Notes: generated from the sequence alone by a model not told the origin. A DNA stretch of 32,000 nucleotides from Candidatus Atelocyanobacterium thalassa isolate ALOHA (GCF_000025125.1 NC_013771.1:270001-302000), one strand, 5' to 3'; shown: positions 17,011 through 28,864, counted from the first letter of the stretch. A program made the numbers and translations.

Positions 17011-17032
17011 GGGCGAATAGTTATTCGCCCTG
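17011..17032 (-). promoter_or_regulatory. Intercistronic GC-rich hairpin between atpD and atpC
   Basis: AGGGCGAATA-GT-TATTCGCCCT is a 22-nt palindrome (effectively a 9-bp stem with a 4-nt loop) in the 92-nt atpD-atpC spacer. No U-tract follows on the coding strand. Confidence 0.45.
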
Positions 17033-17074
17033 ATACAAATTTAGAGAATAGAAGATTAAAGAATGTTTAACTAC

Positions 17075-18529
<1,455 letters not shown>

Positions 18530-18868
18530 TTATCCTCTTTTTGGAGTTAGCTTACAAATGACTAAGTGAAAATATTTAATGTTATTTTCGTCATTTTTAT
18601 AGAATACCATTTTCATAGTACTCAGGGAAATGATTTGATTATCATGTTAAGGGTAGTATTAATGTCATGTATTTAATGATAAACATATTTTTTTTGAAGT
18701 ATGCTTAATACCTTATATGCGCAAACTAAGATGAAAGTTATTTAAATTTAAAAAAATTCTATATGCTTGTTATCTTCTAGATACACAATTTCACGATAAT
18801 AAATCATTTATTTCGTAAAAGTTTTTTATAATTGTTATTTTAGTTTTAAAATATAAAGTCTATTAGGA

Positions 18869-19357
18869 ATGGAAAATAATTTTAAGATTCATCATCAATG
18901 GATGAAAAAAGCATTAAGCTTAGCTCAAAAAGCAGAAAATTTAGAAGATGTTCCTGTAGGAGCTGTGATTGTTGACAATTACGGAAATTTAATTGCTCAA
19001 GGACATAATTGTAAAAAGAGAAATAACGACCCTACAGGCCATGCAGAGATTGTTGCTATTCGTCAAGCTAGTCAAAAATTACAATCTTGCTATTTAGAAA
19101 AGTGTGTTCTTTACGTTACGCTAGAGCCTTGTATAATGTGCACTGGAGCTATCATACATTCTCGAATAGGATTGTTAGTTTACGGGATAGATGATCCTAA
19201 GACAGGAGCTATTCGTACAGTACTGAATTTACCTGATTCAAATGCTTCTAATCATCGTTTACCTGTAATTTCTGGCATCTTGAAACAAGATTGTCAACAG
19301 CATTTACAAGAATGGTTTAAAAAAATAAGGGATAAAAAAATAATTTATATTAAGTAA
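18869..19357 (+). CDS. tadA: tRNA-specific adenosine deaminase
   Basis: It has the CDA-fold zinc motifs HAEIVAIRQA and LEPCIMCTGAI, at a size typical of TadA (162 aa). Confidence 0.9.
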   Translation: MENNFKIHHQWMKKALSLAQKAENLEDVPVGAVIVDNYGNLIAQGHNCKKRNNDPTGHAEIVAIRQASQKLQSCYLEKCVLYVTLEPCIMCTGAIIHSRIGLLVYGIDDPKTGAIRTVLNLPDSNASNHRLPVISGILKQDCQQHLQEWFKKIRDKKIIYIK

Positions 19358-19469
19358 CTTTAAATTGTTGTAATCTCTTATAATCTTAAATATTGTAAAA
19401 GGTCAAAGATGAGTTATATAAAAATCTGTGCCTACAATAGCTTAATGTATAAATCCTAACAATTTTATT

Positions 19470-22337
19470 ATGACAAATCAGAAAGATTTACCTCTTCTAA
19501 TTCTAATTGATGGTCATTCTTTAGCATTCAGAGCTTATTATGCTTTTTTAAATTCTAGGAGAGGACTATTAAAAACTTCTACAGGAATCCCGACTAGTAT
19601 TTGTTTTGGATTTTTAAATTCTTTAATGCAAGTTATCAAAGTAGAAAAGCCTAAGTATGTAGCTATTGCTTTCGATAGTAAGGAGAAGACGTTTCGTCAT
19701 AAGTTTGATGTCAGCTATAAAGCAGGTCGGCCAGAAACTCCAGAAAATTTTATTGTTGATATTAAGAATTTGCAAAAAGTATTAGAGATACTAAATTTAT
19801 TTACTATTACTATGCCTGGATATGAAGCAGACGATATATTAGGCACATTAGCTACAGAAGCAAGTAATAAAGGCTATCGTGTCAAAATTCTTAGTGGTGA
19901 TAAAGATACTTTTCAACTAATTAGTGATGAACAAAATATCAGTGTTCTTTATTTGGGAAGAAGTGGAGTCAACTCTTCTTCAGAGAAAGGATATACAGAA
20001 ATAATTTCTAAGACAGTAATAGAAAGATTAGGAATAGCGTCATTTCAAGTCGTTGACTACAAAGCGTTATGTGGTGATAAATCAGATAATATCCCTGGTG
20101 TTAAAGGTATTGGCGAAAAAACAGCAGTTAAGCTATTAACTGAGTATAAAACAATAGAAAGTATTTATGAGAATATTGAACATATAAAAGGTGCAAATCA
20201 AAAAAAACTTAAAGAAGGTAAATCCGAAGCAGAGCATTCTCGCTATTTAGCCAAAATTATTACTAATTGTCCATTAGTTTTTAATATAGATGAGTTTAAA
20301 TTAGTAGGTTTTGATCAAGCCACAGCACAAAATATTTTCGAAAAATTAGAACTAAAAAAATTTAGGGAAAATATTAATCAATTACAGAAAAATTTAGGTG
20401 GAGAAATTCCTCATCAATCATTGCAAAAAGTAGAAGAAGCAATTAATGAACAACAAACTAATAAAAATAATAAAGAGATATGCATTAAGCCTTTAATTAT
20501 TAACGACATACTTCAATTAGATAAATTAATTAATATACTTACAGAATATCAAGACATTAATTATCCAATTGCTTGGGATACAGAAACAACAGGTTTAAAT
20601 CCCCAAACAGCTAAATTGGTAGGAATTAGCTGTTGTTGGGGAGAAGAGGTTAATAATATTGCATATATACCTATAGAACACAAAGAAGGTGAACAATTAA
20701 GTAAAGAAAAGGTTTTAGAAAAGTTACGACCAATTCTCGAAAACAAGTGTTACCCCAAAGTTTTTCAAAACGCAAAATTTGATCGTCTCGTTTTGCTTAA
20801 TCAAGGTATTCAATTAAATGGAGTTGTCTTTGATACAATGCTAGCTAGCTATGTTATCAACCCTGATAAAAGCCATAAGCTAAGTAGTTTATGTAAACAA
20901 TATTTGACAAATATTTCTTCTCAAGATTATTTAGAGCTAAAAATTAATAAACAACAAACTATTGCTGATTTAGATATTACACAAGTCGCTAATTATTGTG
21001 GTATGGATGCTTATAGTACTTTTTTGTTAGTTAAGCCATTAAAAAAAAGACTTGCAGAAATCCCAATTTTAGAGAAATTATTCTTAGAAGTAGAACAATC
21101 TTTGGAAAAGGTTTTATCAAAAATGGAAAACCAAGGTATTCTAATTGATATAGAATATTTGAATAATTTATCTGAACAAAATAAAGTTAATTTATTATGT
21201 CTTGAAGAAAAAATTTATGAAGAAGCTAAAGAAAAATTTAACTTAGAATCACCTAAACAATTAAGTAAGATTTTATTTGAAAACCTTCAACTAAGTACTA
21301 AAAAATCTAAAAAAATAACAACTGGATATTCTACTAATCATGCAATCTTAGAGAAATTAAAAGGTGATCATCCAATTATTGATTACCTTTTGAAATATAG
21401 AACTTTATCTAAATTACAATCAACTTATATTGATAATTTACCTACATTAGTTAGTAATCAGACACATCGTATACATACTAGTTTCAATCAATCCGTTACT
21501 TCTACTGGAAGATTATCTTCTTCTAAGCCAAACTTACAAAATATCCCAATTAGGACCGAATTATCTCGTAAAATTAGAAAAGCATTTATTTCTCCCAAGA
21601 AATGGTTACTAGTTTCAGCAGATTATTCGCAAATTGAATTAAGAATTTTAGCTCATTTAAGCCAGGAACCTCTACTTGTAAAAGCCTATTGTGATTGTCA
21701 AGATATTCACACTCTTTCAGCACAGTTATTATTTGATAAAGAAGAAATTACGATAGAAGAAAGAAATCTAGGGAAAACTATTAATTTTGGTGTTATTTAT
21801 GGAATGGGTTCACAAAGATTTGCAAGGGAAGCAGGAGTAACACCAACTAAAGGAAAAGATTTTATCAAAAAGTATCATCAACGCTACAAAAAAGTATTTC
21901 AATTTCTAGAAAATTTGAAAATAGAAGCTATTACAAAGGGTTATGTCACGACAATACTAGGAAGAAGACGTTATTTTAACTTTTATAGCGATAGTTTACG
22001 TAATCTATATGGATGTAATCCTGATGAGATTAATTTAGATGAACTAAAATATAGTTATAGTGATTCCCAGCTATTAAGATCTGCTGCTAATGCTCCAATA
22101 CAAGGCTCAAGCGCTGATATAATAAAAGTTGCAATGATTAAAATAGAAAAACTTTTAAGAAATTATCAAGCTAAATTATTATTGCAAGTCCATGATGAAT
22201 TAGTATTCGAGATACCTCTTGAAGAGCTAGAAGAATTACAGAGTGAGATAAAGCAAATCATGGAAAATTCTGTAAAATTGACTATCCCATTATTGGTAGA
22301 AATAAATTCTGGAATTAATTGGATGGAAGCTAAATAA
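19470..22337 (+). CDS. polA: DNA polymerase I
   Basis: The 955-aa ORF has a 5'-3' exonuclease domain (LILIDGHSLAFRAYYA, GIPGVKGIGEKTA), a 3'-5' exo motif (IAWDTETTGL) and pol motifs A, B and C (LLVSADYSQIELRILAH, RNLGKTINFGVIYGM, LLLQVHDELVFE). Confidence 0.97.
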   Translation: MTNQKDLPLLILIDGHSLAFRAYYAFLNSRRGLLKTSTGIPTSICFGFLNSLMQVIKVEKPKYVAIAFDSKEKTFRHKFDVSYKAGRPETPENFIVDIKNLQKVLEILNLFTITMPGYEADDILGTLATEASNKGYRVKILSGDKDTFQLISDEQNISVLYLGRSGVNSSSEKGYTEIISKTVIERLGIASFQVVDYKALCGDKSDNIPGVKGIGEKTAVKLLTEYKTIESIYENIEHIKGANQKKLKEGKSEAEHSRYLAKIITNCPLVFNIDEFKLVGFDQATAQNIFEKLELKKFRENINQLQKNLGGEIPHQSLQKVEEAINEQQTNKNNKEICIKPLIINDILQLDKLINILTEYQDINYPIAWDTETTGLNPQTAKLVGISCCWGEEVNNIAYIPIEHKEGEQLSKEKVLEKLRPILENKCYPKVFQNAKFDRLVLLNQGIQLNGVVFDTMLASYVINPDKSHKLSSLCKQYLTNISSQDYLELKINKQQTIADLDITQVANYCGMDAYSTFLLVKPLKKRLAEIPILEKLFLEVEQSLEKVLSKMENQGILIDIEYLNNLSEQNKVNLLCLEEKIYEEAKEKFNLESPKQLSKILFENLQLSTKKSKKITTGYSTNHAILEKLKGDHPIIDYLLKYRTLSKLQSTYIDNLPTLVSNQTHRIHTSFNQSVTSTGRLSSSKPNLQNIPIRTELSRKIRKAFISPKKWLLVSADYSQIELRILAHLSQEPLLVKAYCDCQDIHTLSAQLLFDKEEITIEERNLGKTINFGVIYGMGSQRFAREAGVTPTKGKDFIKKYHQRYKKVFQFLENLKIEAITKGYVTTILGRRRYFNFYSDSLRNLYGCNPDEINLDELKYSYSDSQLLRSAANAPIQGSSADIIKVAMIKIEKLLRNYQAKLLLQVHDELVFEIPLEELEELQSEIKQIMENSVKLTIPLLVEINSGINWMEAK

Positions 22338-22723
22338 ACTTAATCGCAACGGTTAGGAATATGATTAATTAAAAATTATCAAACCATGAAAGACGAACTT
22401 TACTCCTGATTAATTTTAAAACAAAAAATTATTGATTAGTTTTTGTAAATAGTAGACTATAGAATTATTGTTTACTTAAGTTGTATTGAGATCTTAAATA
22501 GCGTTATGGTCTATTTTAAAAATTACAAATATTTCTTCTCTAACTTTTAGTATAGTGAAACTATATTAATCTATTAAGCATTAATTACTTCTATTTTGTA
22601 TATGATTGTTGAGATTAAAACTAATATGTAATTAAGTTACAAAGCAATTAATTATTTTTTTGCACATTTTAAATTATTCAAATTCTTTATAACAACAAAA
22701 TTCATTATTGGTAATTTGTATAT

Positions 22724-23347
22724 ATGACGAAACAAGATTGGTTAGTGAAAAATAGTGGTAAATGTATATTATTTAACTCACCTCGAGATTGGGATTTATT
22801 AAACTCATCTTGTCCTTATCGACTATATCAATTTTTAATGGAATTAGATGACATAATAAGTGTTGCTAATAGGGAAAAAGAAACTGAAGATGAATATCTT
22901 TTAAAATTAAGACATTTGACTAGAAAATTAATAGTTAATACTCATTGGATTAGTAATAATATACCCATTAGTGATAAAGAAATAGATATATCGACACTAT
23001 ATGATGAACCAGGTTATCCATACACTCTTCAAAGGGAAATAATGCTTCCTGGTAGTAGTACATTTATTCACAATCATGGAACTTGGGGAATCGTGGCAAC
23101 ATTACAAGGGATGCAGAAAAATATTTTATGGAAGTCTTCTCCAACTCCAGACTATCCCCATAAGATAGAAAAAACTGAAGAAAAAATCTTTAAGGCTGGA
23201 GATATCATCAGTTTTACGACTAATGCCATTCATTCTGTTGAAGCTGTAGGTGATGAACCAAGTATTACTTTAAATATTTATGGAGAAACTGATGCTTTAA
23301 AGAGATTAAAGTTTGACATTATTCGCAATCTTTCTTATCGTTTTTAG
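22724..23347 (+). CDS. Cupin-superfamily metal-dependent protein (cysteine-dioxygenase-like/COG5553-like)
   Basis: The C-terminal half shows a cupin His pattern (FIHNHGTWGIVATLQG ... AIHSVEAVGDEP). Confidence 0.55.
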   Translation: MTKQDWLVKNSGKCILFNSPRDWDLLNSSCPYRLYQFLMELDDIISVANREKETEDEYLLKLRHLTRKLIVNTHWISNNIPISDKEIDISTLYDEPGYPYTLQREIMLPGSSTFIHNHGTWGIVATLQGMQKNILWKSSPTPDYPHKIEKTEEKIFKAGDIISFTTNAIHSVEAVGDEPSITLNIYGETDALKRLKFDIIRNLSYRF

Positions 23348-23366
23348 AAAAATTTTAATTACTTTT

Positions 23367-23573
23367 TTATAATATCTTTTTAAATTTGTCAGAAAATAGG
23401 GGTACTGCGACAAGACTCAATTTTAATATCCATGGAGCAAGGATAAGAGTTATAAACAATGATAGCAATGCAAGACATCCCATAGAAACTTTAACTATAT
23501 CTTCTTTTAAACTGAAGCTCAAAAAAGCAGACATAGAAGCAATACCCAGAGCAATTAAAGAAGTAACTAACAT
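23367..23573 (-). CDS. Small hypothetical membrane protein (2 TM)
   Basis: The 68-aa ORF has two clear hydrophobic helices and a basic C-terminus, with GAGG about 10 nt upstream of the ATG. It is preferred over the overlapping plus-strand ORF 23386-23724, whose product looks non-protein-like. Confidence 0.4.
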   Translation of the reverse strand: MLVTSLIALGIASMSAFLSFSLKEDIVKVSMGCLALLSLFITLILAPWILKLSLVAVPLFSDKFKKIL

Positions 23574-23821
23574 TTCTTCGTACTACCTCATGCTAATTTT
23601 TAGGATGGAAAACTTTGTCTTAGAAAAAATTACATTTTTAGCTTTTTTAAACATAATCATCTTTCAAGGAATCATAAGACATCAACAAAGATATCCTACA
23701 TCAATAAAACTACACAATTCTTAATACAAGTGTCAAGTTAAAGTATAAAGATAGTATCAAGTTGCTTTTTTAGATATCTATTGTTTTAAAAAATAGTTCT
23801 TATAATATTAATAGCAAAAAA

Positions 23822-24514
23822 TTATTGATATCCTTGTTCCGCCAAAAAATCCGAGTTGATATTGGATTGCCTATCCTTTGTAGATTTTAAAGTACTACTT
23901 AAAAATTTCTCTACATATTTACCTAGAATATCTCCTTCAATATTTACTAAATCACCAGGTCTTAAATAATGAAGATTGGTATAAGCATAGGTATGAGGAA
24001 TTACTGAAACTTTAAACCAATTTCCTGATACATCACATTCAGCTATAGTTAGGCTAATGCCGTTAACAGCGATACTTCCTTTTGTAATTAAATATGGTTC
24101 AATAAAATTAGACCATTCCTGAATTTTTGAAGATGGAGCTGCAAAAGTCATTTCCCAAGCTTTGTTAGTAGAGATATAATTTACCAGCGAGCCAATTCCA
24201 TCCACATGACCCGTAACAAAGTGACCACCTAGCTTACTACCTACGCATAATGAAGATTCTAAATTAACGTAATTAGTAGTTTTTATTTTTTCGGACAAAG
24301 TAGTCCTTTGTAGAGTTTCAGGAGAAACGGTGACTGTAAAACTGTTATCTGTAAAACTTTCTACTGTCAAACATACACCGTCTACAGCTATACTATCGCC
24401 TACCGATGCAGTTGATAAAATGCTTGTAGTAGAGGTGTTTAAAACCGAGAGAGTAAAACGATCAGATTCAAAAGAATCTATAACACCAAGATTTTCAATT
24501 AAGCCAGTAAACAT
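23822..24514 (-). CDS. ribE: Riboflavin synthase (alpha chain)
   Basis: It has the canonical N-terminus MFTGLIENLG and internal duplication of the lumazine-binding repeat (GDSIAVDGVCLTV / GSIAVNGISLTI). The start is taken at the second Met of the track ORF. Confidence 0.9.
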   Translation of the reverse strand: MFTGLIENLGVIDSFESDRFTLSVLNTSTTSILSTASVGDSIAVDGVCLTVESFTDNSFTVTVSPETLQRTTLSEKIKTTNYVNLESSLCVGSKLGGHFVTGHVDGIGSLVNYISTNKAWEMTFAAPSSKIQEWSNFIEPYLITKGSIAVNGISLTIAECDVSGNWFKVSVIPHTYAYTNLHYLRPGDLVNIEGDILGKYVEKFLSSTLKSTKDRQSNINSDFLAEQGYQ

Positions 24515-24814
24515 TTTTGCAATTATCAAAAAAGTATAACTCTATTTTATATAGAAAATTTATCCATATTTTGAGACATAATGTGAATATAACTTATAAT
24601 TTGAAAAAAGTATTCAATTATAACTGGATGTAAAAATTAGCTTAAATAAAATAATAGATATTTATTTAAACTTAATCATATATACTCTATTGTCTACAGT
24701 TATTAAATGATTTTTGTTGCACCTCATAGGTTATAAGTCATTAAAAATTTATTTGTTCCTATTATTTAGGTTAGAAAATAATCACGATATTATTTATATT
24801 TAATTTTATGTTGA

Positions 24815-26083
24815 TTAGATAATTTGTTTCTTTCTTATTCTCTTTCCAATTACATCAGTACTGATATTGTAATAAGTTGCTGCTTGTGAGGTATTAAAAC
24901 TCAAATTTTCTTCATTTTCTAATTTATATTCAATAATTGGTTTAATAGGTGATATATCTAACGTTTTAAGGATTTCTTTCGCGATAGCTTTTGCCAATAA
25001 AGGTGGTACTGAATTGCCAACTTGTCGAAATCCATGCCATTTGGTGACATGAAACCTGAACCAATCGGGATAAGAATGTAATCTTGCAGCTTCTCTTACA
25101 GTGATACACCTAGGAGTAAAAGGATGAATAGGACGAGGAGATGTATAAGATCCTCTATTACTAGGTGTTCCTGCTCTTAAGGTATTACACAAACCTTCTG
25201 GATGCAGTTTAAAAAATCGACTAATAGGTTCTTTTTTACCTTGAGGAGTTTTGTTAAATCTCTCAATCAATTTTGTTGTGTGCTTTGTTCTAAAACTAGA
25301 CGTTAAAAGATTCTTATCATATATTCTTTTATAAGAAAAATTATCATTTGAATCAAGAAGACCCTTAACATAGTCGTTAAGTTTACTAGAATTAACTTTC
25401 ATCGAATCTTTATAACTCAATTCTGGATAATGATTAACCTCAGGTAGATCATTTATAGCTTGACTAACTGTTGGGGTAAAAGGAATAGTTGAGTTTATTT
25501 CTTGGTTATAGTTTGTTAGAAATTGAGGATAATCAGGAAGTGGTAAATCTGATTTCCCTCCCATAATAAATAGTCTTTTTCTTATCTGTGGAACTCCATA
25601 ATTAGCAGCATTTAAGATTTTATAATTTGTTTCAATTCTATAATTATTTGCAATAAACTCATCAAATATTTCTTCTAAGAATGCTTGATTATTTTTTGTG
25701 GCCATCCCAGGAACATTTTCAATAACAAAATACTTGGGCTGTAGTTCTATAACTAAGCGAATGAAGTGTTTAATTAAATTATTACGATTATCTTTTGGAT
25801 TTCGTTTGCCTATTAAAGAAAAACCTTGACAAGGTGGGCCACCGAAAACAACATCAATTTCTCGATTCCCAATACAAGATAAATTTCTAATAGTTTTAGC
25901 ATTAATTATAGAGATATCAGAACATATAGTTGTCCAGAATGGGAAATTATAATGATGAGCAGCACAATGAATAGGGTCAATTTCTACGGATCCTAAAACA
26001 TCGAATCCAGCCTGCTCGAAACCAAGTGTCATACCTCCCACACCAGCGAATAAGTCAATAGCAATAGGACGTTTTTGATTCAT
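24815..26083 (-). CDS. DNA (cytosine-5)-methyltransferase, solitary
   Basis: All diagnostic C5-MTase motifs occur in order: I (DLFAGVGGMTLGF), IV (GGPPCQGFS), VI (ENVPGM), VIII (QIRKRLFI) and X (GNSVPPLL). No nuclease-like ORF lies adjacent on either side. Confidence 0.9.
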   Translation of the reverse strand: MNQKRPIAIDLFAGVGGMTLGFEQAGFDVLGSVEIDPIHCAAHHYNFPFWTTICSDISIINAKTIRNLSCIGNREIDVVFGGPPCQGFSLIGKRNPKDNRNNLIKHFIRLVIELQPKYFVIENVPGMATKNNQAFLEEIFDEFIANNYRIETNYKILNAANYGVPQIRKRLFIMGGKSDLPLPDYPQFLTNYNQEINSTIPFTPTVSQAINDLPEVNHYPELSYKDSMKVNSSKLNDYVKGLLDSNDNFSYKRIYDKNLLTSSFRTKHTTKLIERFNKTPQGKKEPISRFFKLHPEGLCNTLRAGTPSNRGSYTSPRPIHPFTPRCITVREAARLHSYPDWFRFHVTKWHGFRQVGNSVPPLLAKAIAKEILKTLDISPIKPIIEYKLENEENLSFNTSQAATYYNISTDVIGKRIRKKQII

Positions 26084-26245
26084 AATAGAATTATTTTAGT
26101 AACTTATCTATTTGTATTGATAAGTTAATCAACTTTCGTACCATGGCTAATTATACTAAATATGTAAATTATTTATCTATTAGATTTGTACAATAATTTC
26201 TATATTTTTATAGGATAACAAGATAATCTATATTTTTTCAGTGAG

Positions 26246-27475
26246 TTATTTTTCTCTTAAAAATTTAATTGCTTCTTGATACTGTATGTCTTTTATTGTC
26301 CCAATCTCATCATAAGCAAGTGTTTCTTGTAAAATAATTTTATCTGGTTGAATACCTAATTTATGGATATCCTTATGATTAGGAGTCTCATATTTGGCTA
26401 CAGTAACAGCTAAACCGCAATTATTAGATAATTCAAATAAAGATTGAATTAAGCCTTTCCCAAACGTTGTTTCACCAAATAATATTGCTCTTCTACTATC
26501 TTGCAAAGCTCCTGCTAAAATTTCACTAGAACTTGCAGTACCTTTATTTACTAATAAAACTAATGGAGAATTTGTTAACGGTTTTCCTGAAGAACTAAAA
26601 CTATTTTGAATACCTTGACGATTAATAGTGTAGACTATCGTTCCTTTATTCATCCATAGACGAGCAATATTAATTCCACTTTCAAAAAGTCCTCCTGGGT
26701 TATCTCTCAAATCTAAGATATAAGATTTAGCGCCTTCTTCTTCGAGCGTTTTAATAGTTGTTTTCATTTCTTCAACAGCATTTGAGCTAAATTTATTTAA
26801 ACGAATATAGCCAACAAATGAATCAGACGAAGTTTTGTCTATATTAGATATTAAAGGGCTTAGAGATATATGCTTACGAATAATTTGATTTTGATATACT
26901 TTTTTATTTTGAGAAGAAAAAATAGTTAAGTTTATTCTTGTACCAGTTAGTCCGCGCATTTTCTCAGCGGCTTGGTCTAAATTTAAGTTAGTAGTACTGA
27001 TACCATCAATTTCTAAAATTAAATCATGTTCTTTAATACCGGCAAATTCTGCAGGAGAATTTTTAATAGGAGAAACAACTTCTAATTTTTCAGTTTGAGG
27101 ATTAATTTGGAGTCGCAAACCTATTCCTGAAAATTCTCCCGAAGTTTCAATCTTTAGGTTATGATACTGCTCTGGCCTTAATAAGCGAGTAAAAGGTTCA
27201 TCAAGTGTTATTAACATTTCATCAATTACTTTATATGTCTCTTCTCGTGTATTTAGAGAATATTTCATTAAATCTTGTTTCACTAAATACCAATTTTGGT
27301 TGTTGAAAGTATCATCTAAATAAGATGTATTTAGTAAATCCCAAGATTCCAATAATAGTTTTTGATTTTCAATAGAAGCGTAAGTATTAGGCGCAAAAAC
27401 AAGGCAGTTACAAACAACCAAGATAATAAAAAAATATATAAATCTAGAAAAAATTCTTTTCATGAGAATAATCAA
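26246..27475 (-). CDS. Carboxyl-terminal processing protease (peptidase S41, Ctp family) with PDZ domain
   Basis: It has a signal peptide, a PDZ region (GIGLRLQINP...SPAEFAGIKEHDLILEIDG) and S41 catalytic blocks (LVNKGTASSSEILAGAL, TFGKGLIQS). The start could be Met-1 (27475) or Met-5 (27463). Confidence 0.9.
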   Translation of the reverse strand: MIILMKRIFSRFIYFFIILVVCNCLVFAPNTYASIENQKLLLESWDLLNTSYLDDTFNNQNWYLVKQDLMKYSLNTREETYKVIDEMLITLDEPFTRLLRPEQYHNLKIETSGEFSGIGLRLQINPQTEKLEVVSPIKNSPAEFAGIKEHDLILEIDGISTTNLNLDQAAEKMRGLTGTRINLTIFSSQNKKVYQNQIIRKHISLSPLISNIDKTSSDSFVGYIRLNKFSSNAVEEMKTTIKTLEEEGAKSYILDLRDNPGGLFESGINIARLWMNKGTIVYTINRQGIQNSFSSSGKPLTNSPLVLLVNKGTASSSEILAGALQDSRRAILFGETTFGKGLIQSLFELSNNCGLAVTVAKYETPNHKDIHKLGIQPDKIILQETLAYDEIGTIKDIQYQEAIKFLREK

Positions 27476-27973
27476 AACAATGTTTTTAAATGTAGAAAAT
27501 ATATTTTAATTTAGTTAAAAATCACTATGTAGAAATATATTTTTAATTAACACTTCTTGAGCTAATTCCTAATAATTACCAACAAAACGCTAAAGTTGTG
27601 ATGGTATTAATATAATTTAGCTGAGATATAAAATTATTCATTAAATAAATTTATTACAAATAGAAATAAGCAGAAATATTTATACCTAAATTAAAGGTTA
27701 ATATGATTTACAATCATGTTCTAACATTATTATTTGTAAATGATCGTATTGTTTTAAGTATATTTTGAGCAATAGACAATGGAAATCATAAGATATCGTC
27801 AATGAAAAAATGACTTTAACGCTTACTATCGCCCATAAAGTTTTTGTTTAAAATGGTAAGATTTTATAATTTAGTTCATCGCTTTTATTCATTATATAAA
27901 ATAGAATAAATTTTATATAATAAATATGGTAGATATAATAGGAACTATAAATTTTAGAGAGAAAAAATAAAAA

Positions 27974-28864
27974 GTGTCAATTAATTTTCAGGAAATTATC
28001 ATAAAATTAAATAATTTTTGGAGCAATCACGGCTGTCTAATTTTACAGCCTTATGATATCGAAAAAGGTGCAGGAACTATGAACCCTGGAACTTTTCTTA
28101 AAGCTATTGGACCAGAACCATGGTCAGTAGCATATGTAGAACCCTGCCGTCGTCCTACAGATGGTCGTTATGGTAAAAACCCTAATCGTTTTCAATATTA
28201 TTTTCAATACCAAGTATTGATTAAGCCATCGCTAGATAATATTCAAGAGATCTACTTAGAATCCCTTAAAACATTAGGTATTAAGCCAGAGGAACATGAT
28301 ATTCGTTTTGTAGAAGATAATTGGGAATCACCTACTTTGGGTGCTTGGGGTGTAGGCTGGGAGGTATGGCTTGACGGAATGGAAGTTACTCAGTTTACTT
28401 ACTTTCAGCAATGCGGAGGGAAAGATTGTTATCCAACTCCCATAGAAATAACTTATGGTTTAGAAAGATTAGCAATGTATTTACAAAAAGTAGAAGTAAT
28501 TACTGATATTCAATGGAATAAAAGTATCACTTATGGAGATATCTTTCTACAAAGCGAAATAGAACAGTGCATATATAATTTTGAAGTATCTAATTCTGAT
28601 TTATTGTTTCAATTATTTAATTTGTACGAGAAAGAAGCCAAGGAATTAATTTCTCAAAAATTAATTGCTCCTAGCTTAGATTATGTTCTTAAATGTTCTC
28701 ATTCATTTAATTTATTAGATGCTAGAGGAGTGATTGCAGTAGCAGAAAGAACTTTATATATAGGACGCATTCGTTCTTTAGCTAAAGAAATTGCTAACTT
28801 ATATCTAGAACAAAGAAAAGCTCTAAATTTTCCTTTATTACGTAATGGTGTCAATAACTATTGA
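27974..28864 (+). CDS. glyQ: Glycine--tRNA ligase alpha subunit
   Basis: The 296-aa ORF is strongly conserved GlyQ ([48 protein letters not shown]). It has an apparent GTG start. Confidence 0.95.
   Translation: MSINFQEIIIKLNNFWSNHGCLILQPYDIEKGAGTMNPGTFLKAIGPEPWSVAYVEPCRRPTDGRYGKNPNRFQYYFQYQVLIKPSLDNIQEIYLESLKTLGIKPEEHDIRFVEDNWESPTLGAWGVGWEVWLDGMEVTQFTYFQQCGGKDCYPTPIEITYGLERLAMYLQKVEVITDIQWNKSITYGDIFLQSEIEQCIYNFEVSNSDLLFQLFNLYEKEAKELISQKLIAPSLDYVLKCSHSFNLLDARGVIAVAERTLYIGRIRSLAKEIANLYLEQRKALNFPLLRNGVNNY

Noticed and set aside
23386-23724. 112-aa plus-strand ORF overlapping the small minus-strand membrane-protein ORF
   Set aside because: The product has no hydrophobic or structural periodicity and no SD. 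The minus-strand 68-aa two-TM ORF with an upstream GAGG is more plausible, though itself only moderately supported.
24540-26245. Search for a restriction endonuclease, Vsr or controller gene partnering the C5 methyltransferase
   Set aside because: The flanking DNA is short AT-rich spacer with no ORF of 60 aa or more, and the next genes are ribE and a Ctp protease. It is therefore treated as an orphan MTase rather than an R-M system.
27476-27973. T-box leader upstream of glyQ, and similarly an FMN riboswitch upstream of ribE (24515-24814)
   Set aside because: Both regions are uniformly AT-rich and lack the conserved GC-containing cores of these elements (T-box AGGGUGGNACCGCG-type sequence, FMN five-way junction). 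Neither element is typical of cyanobacteria.
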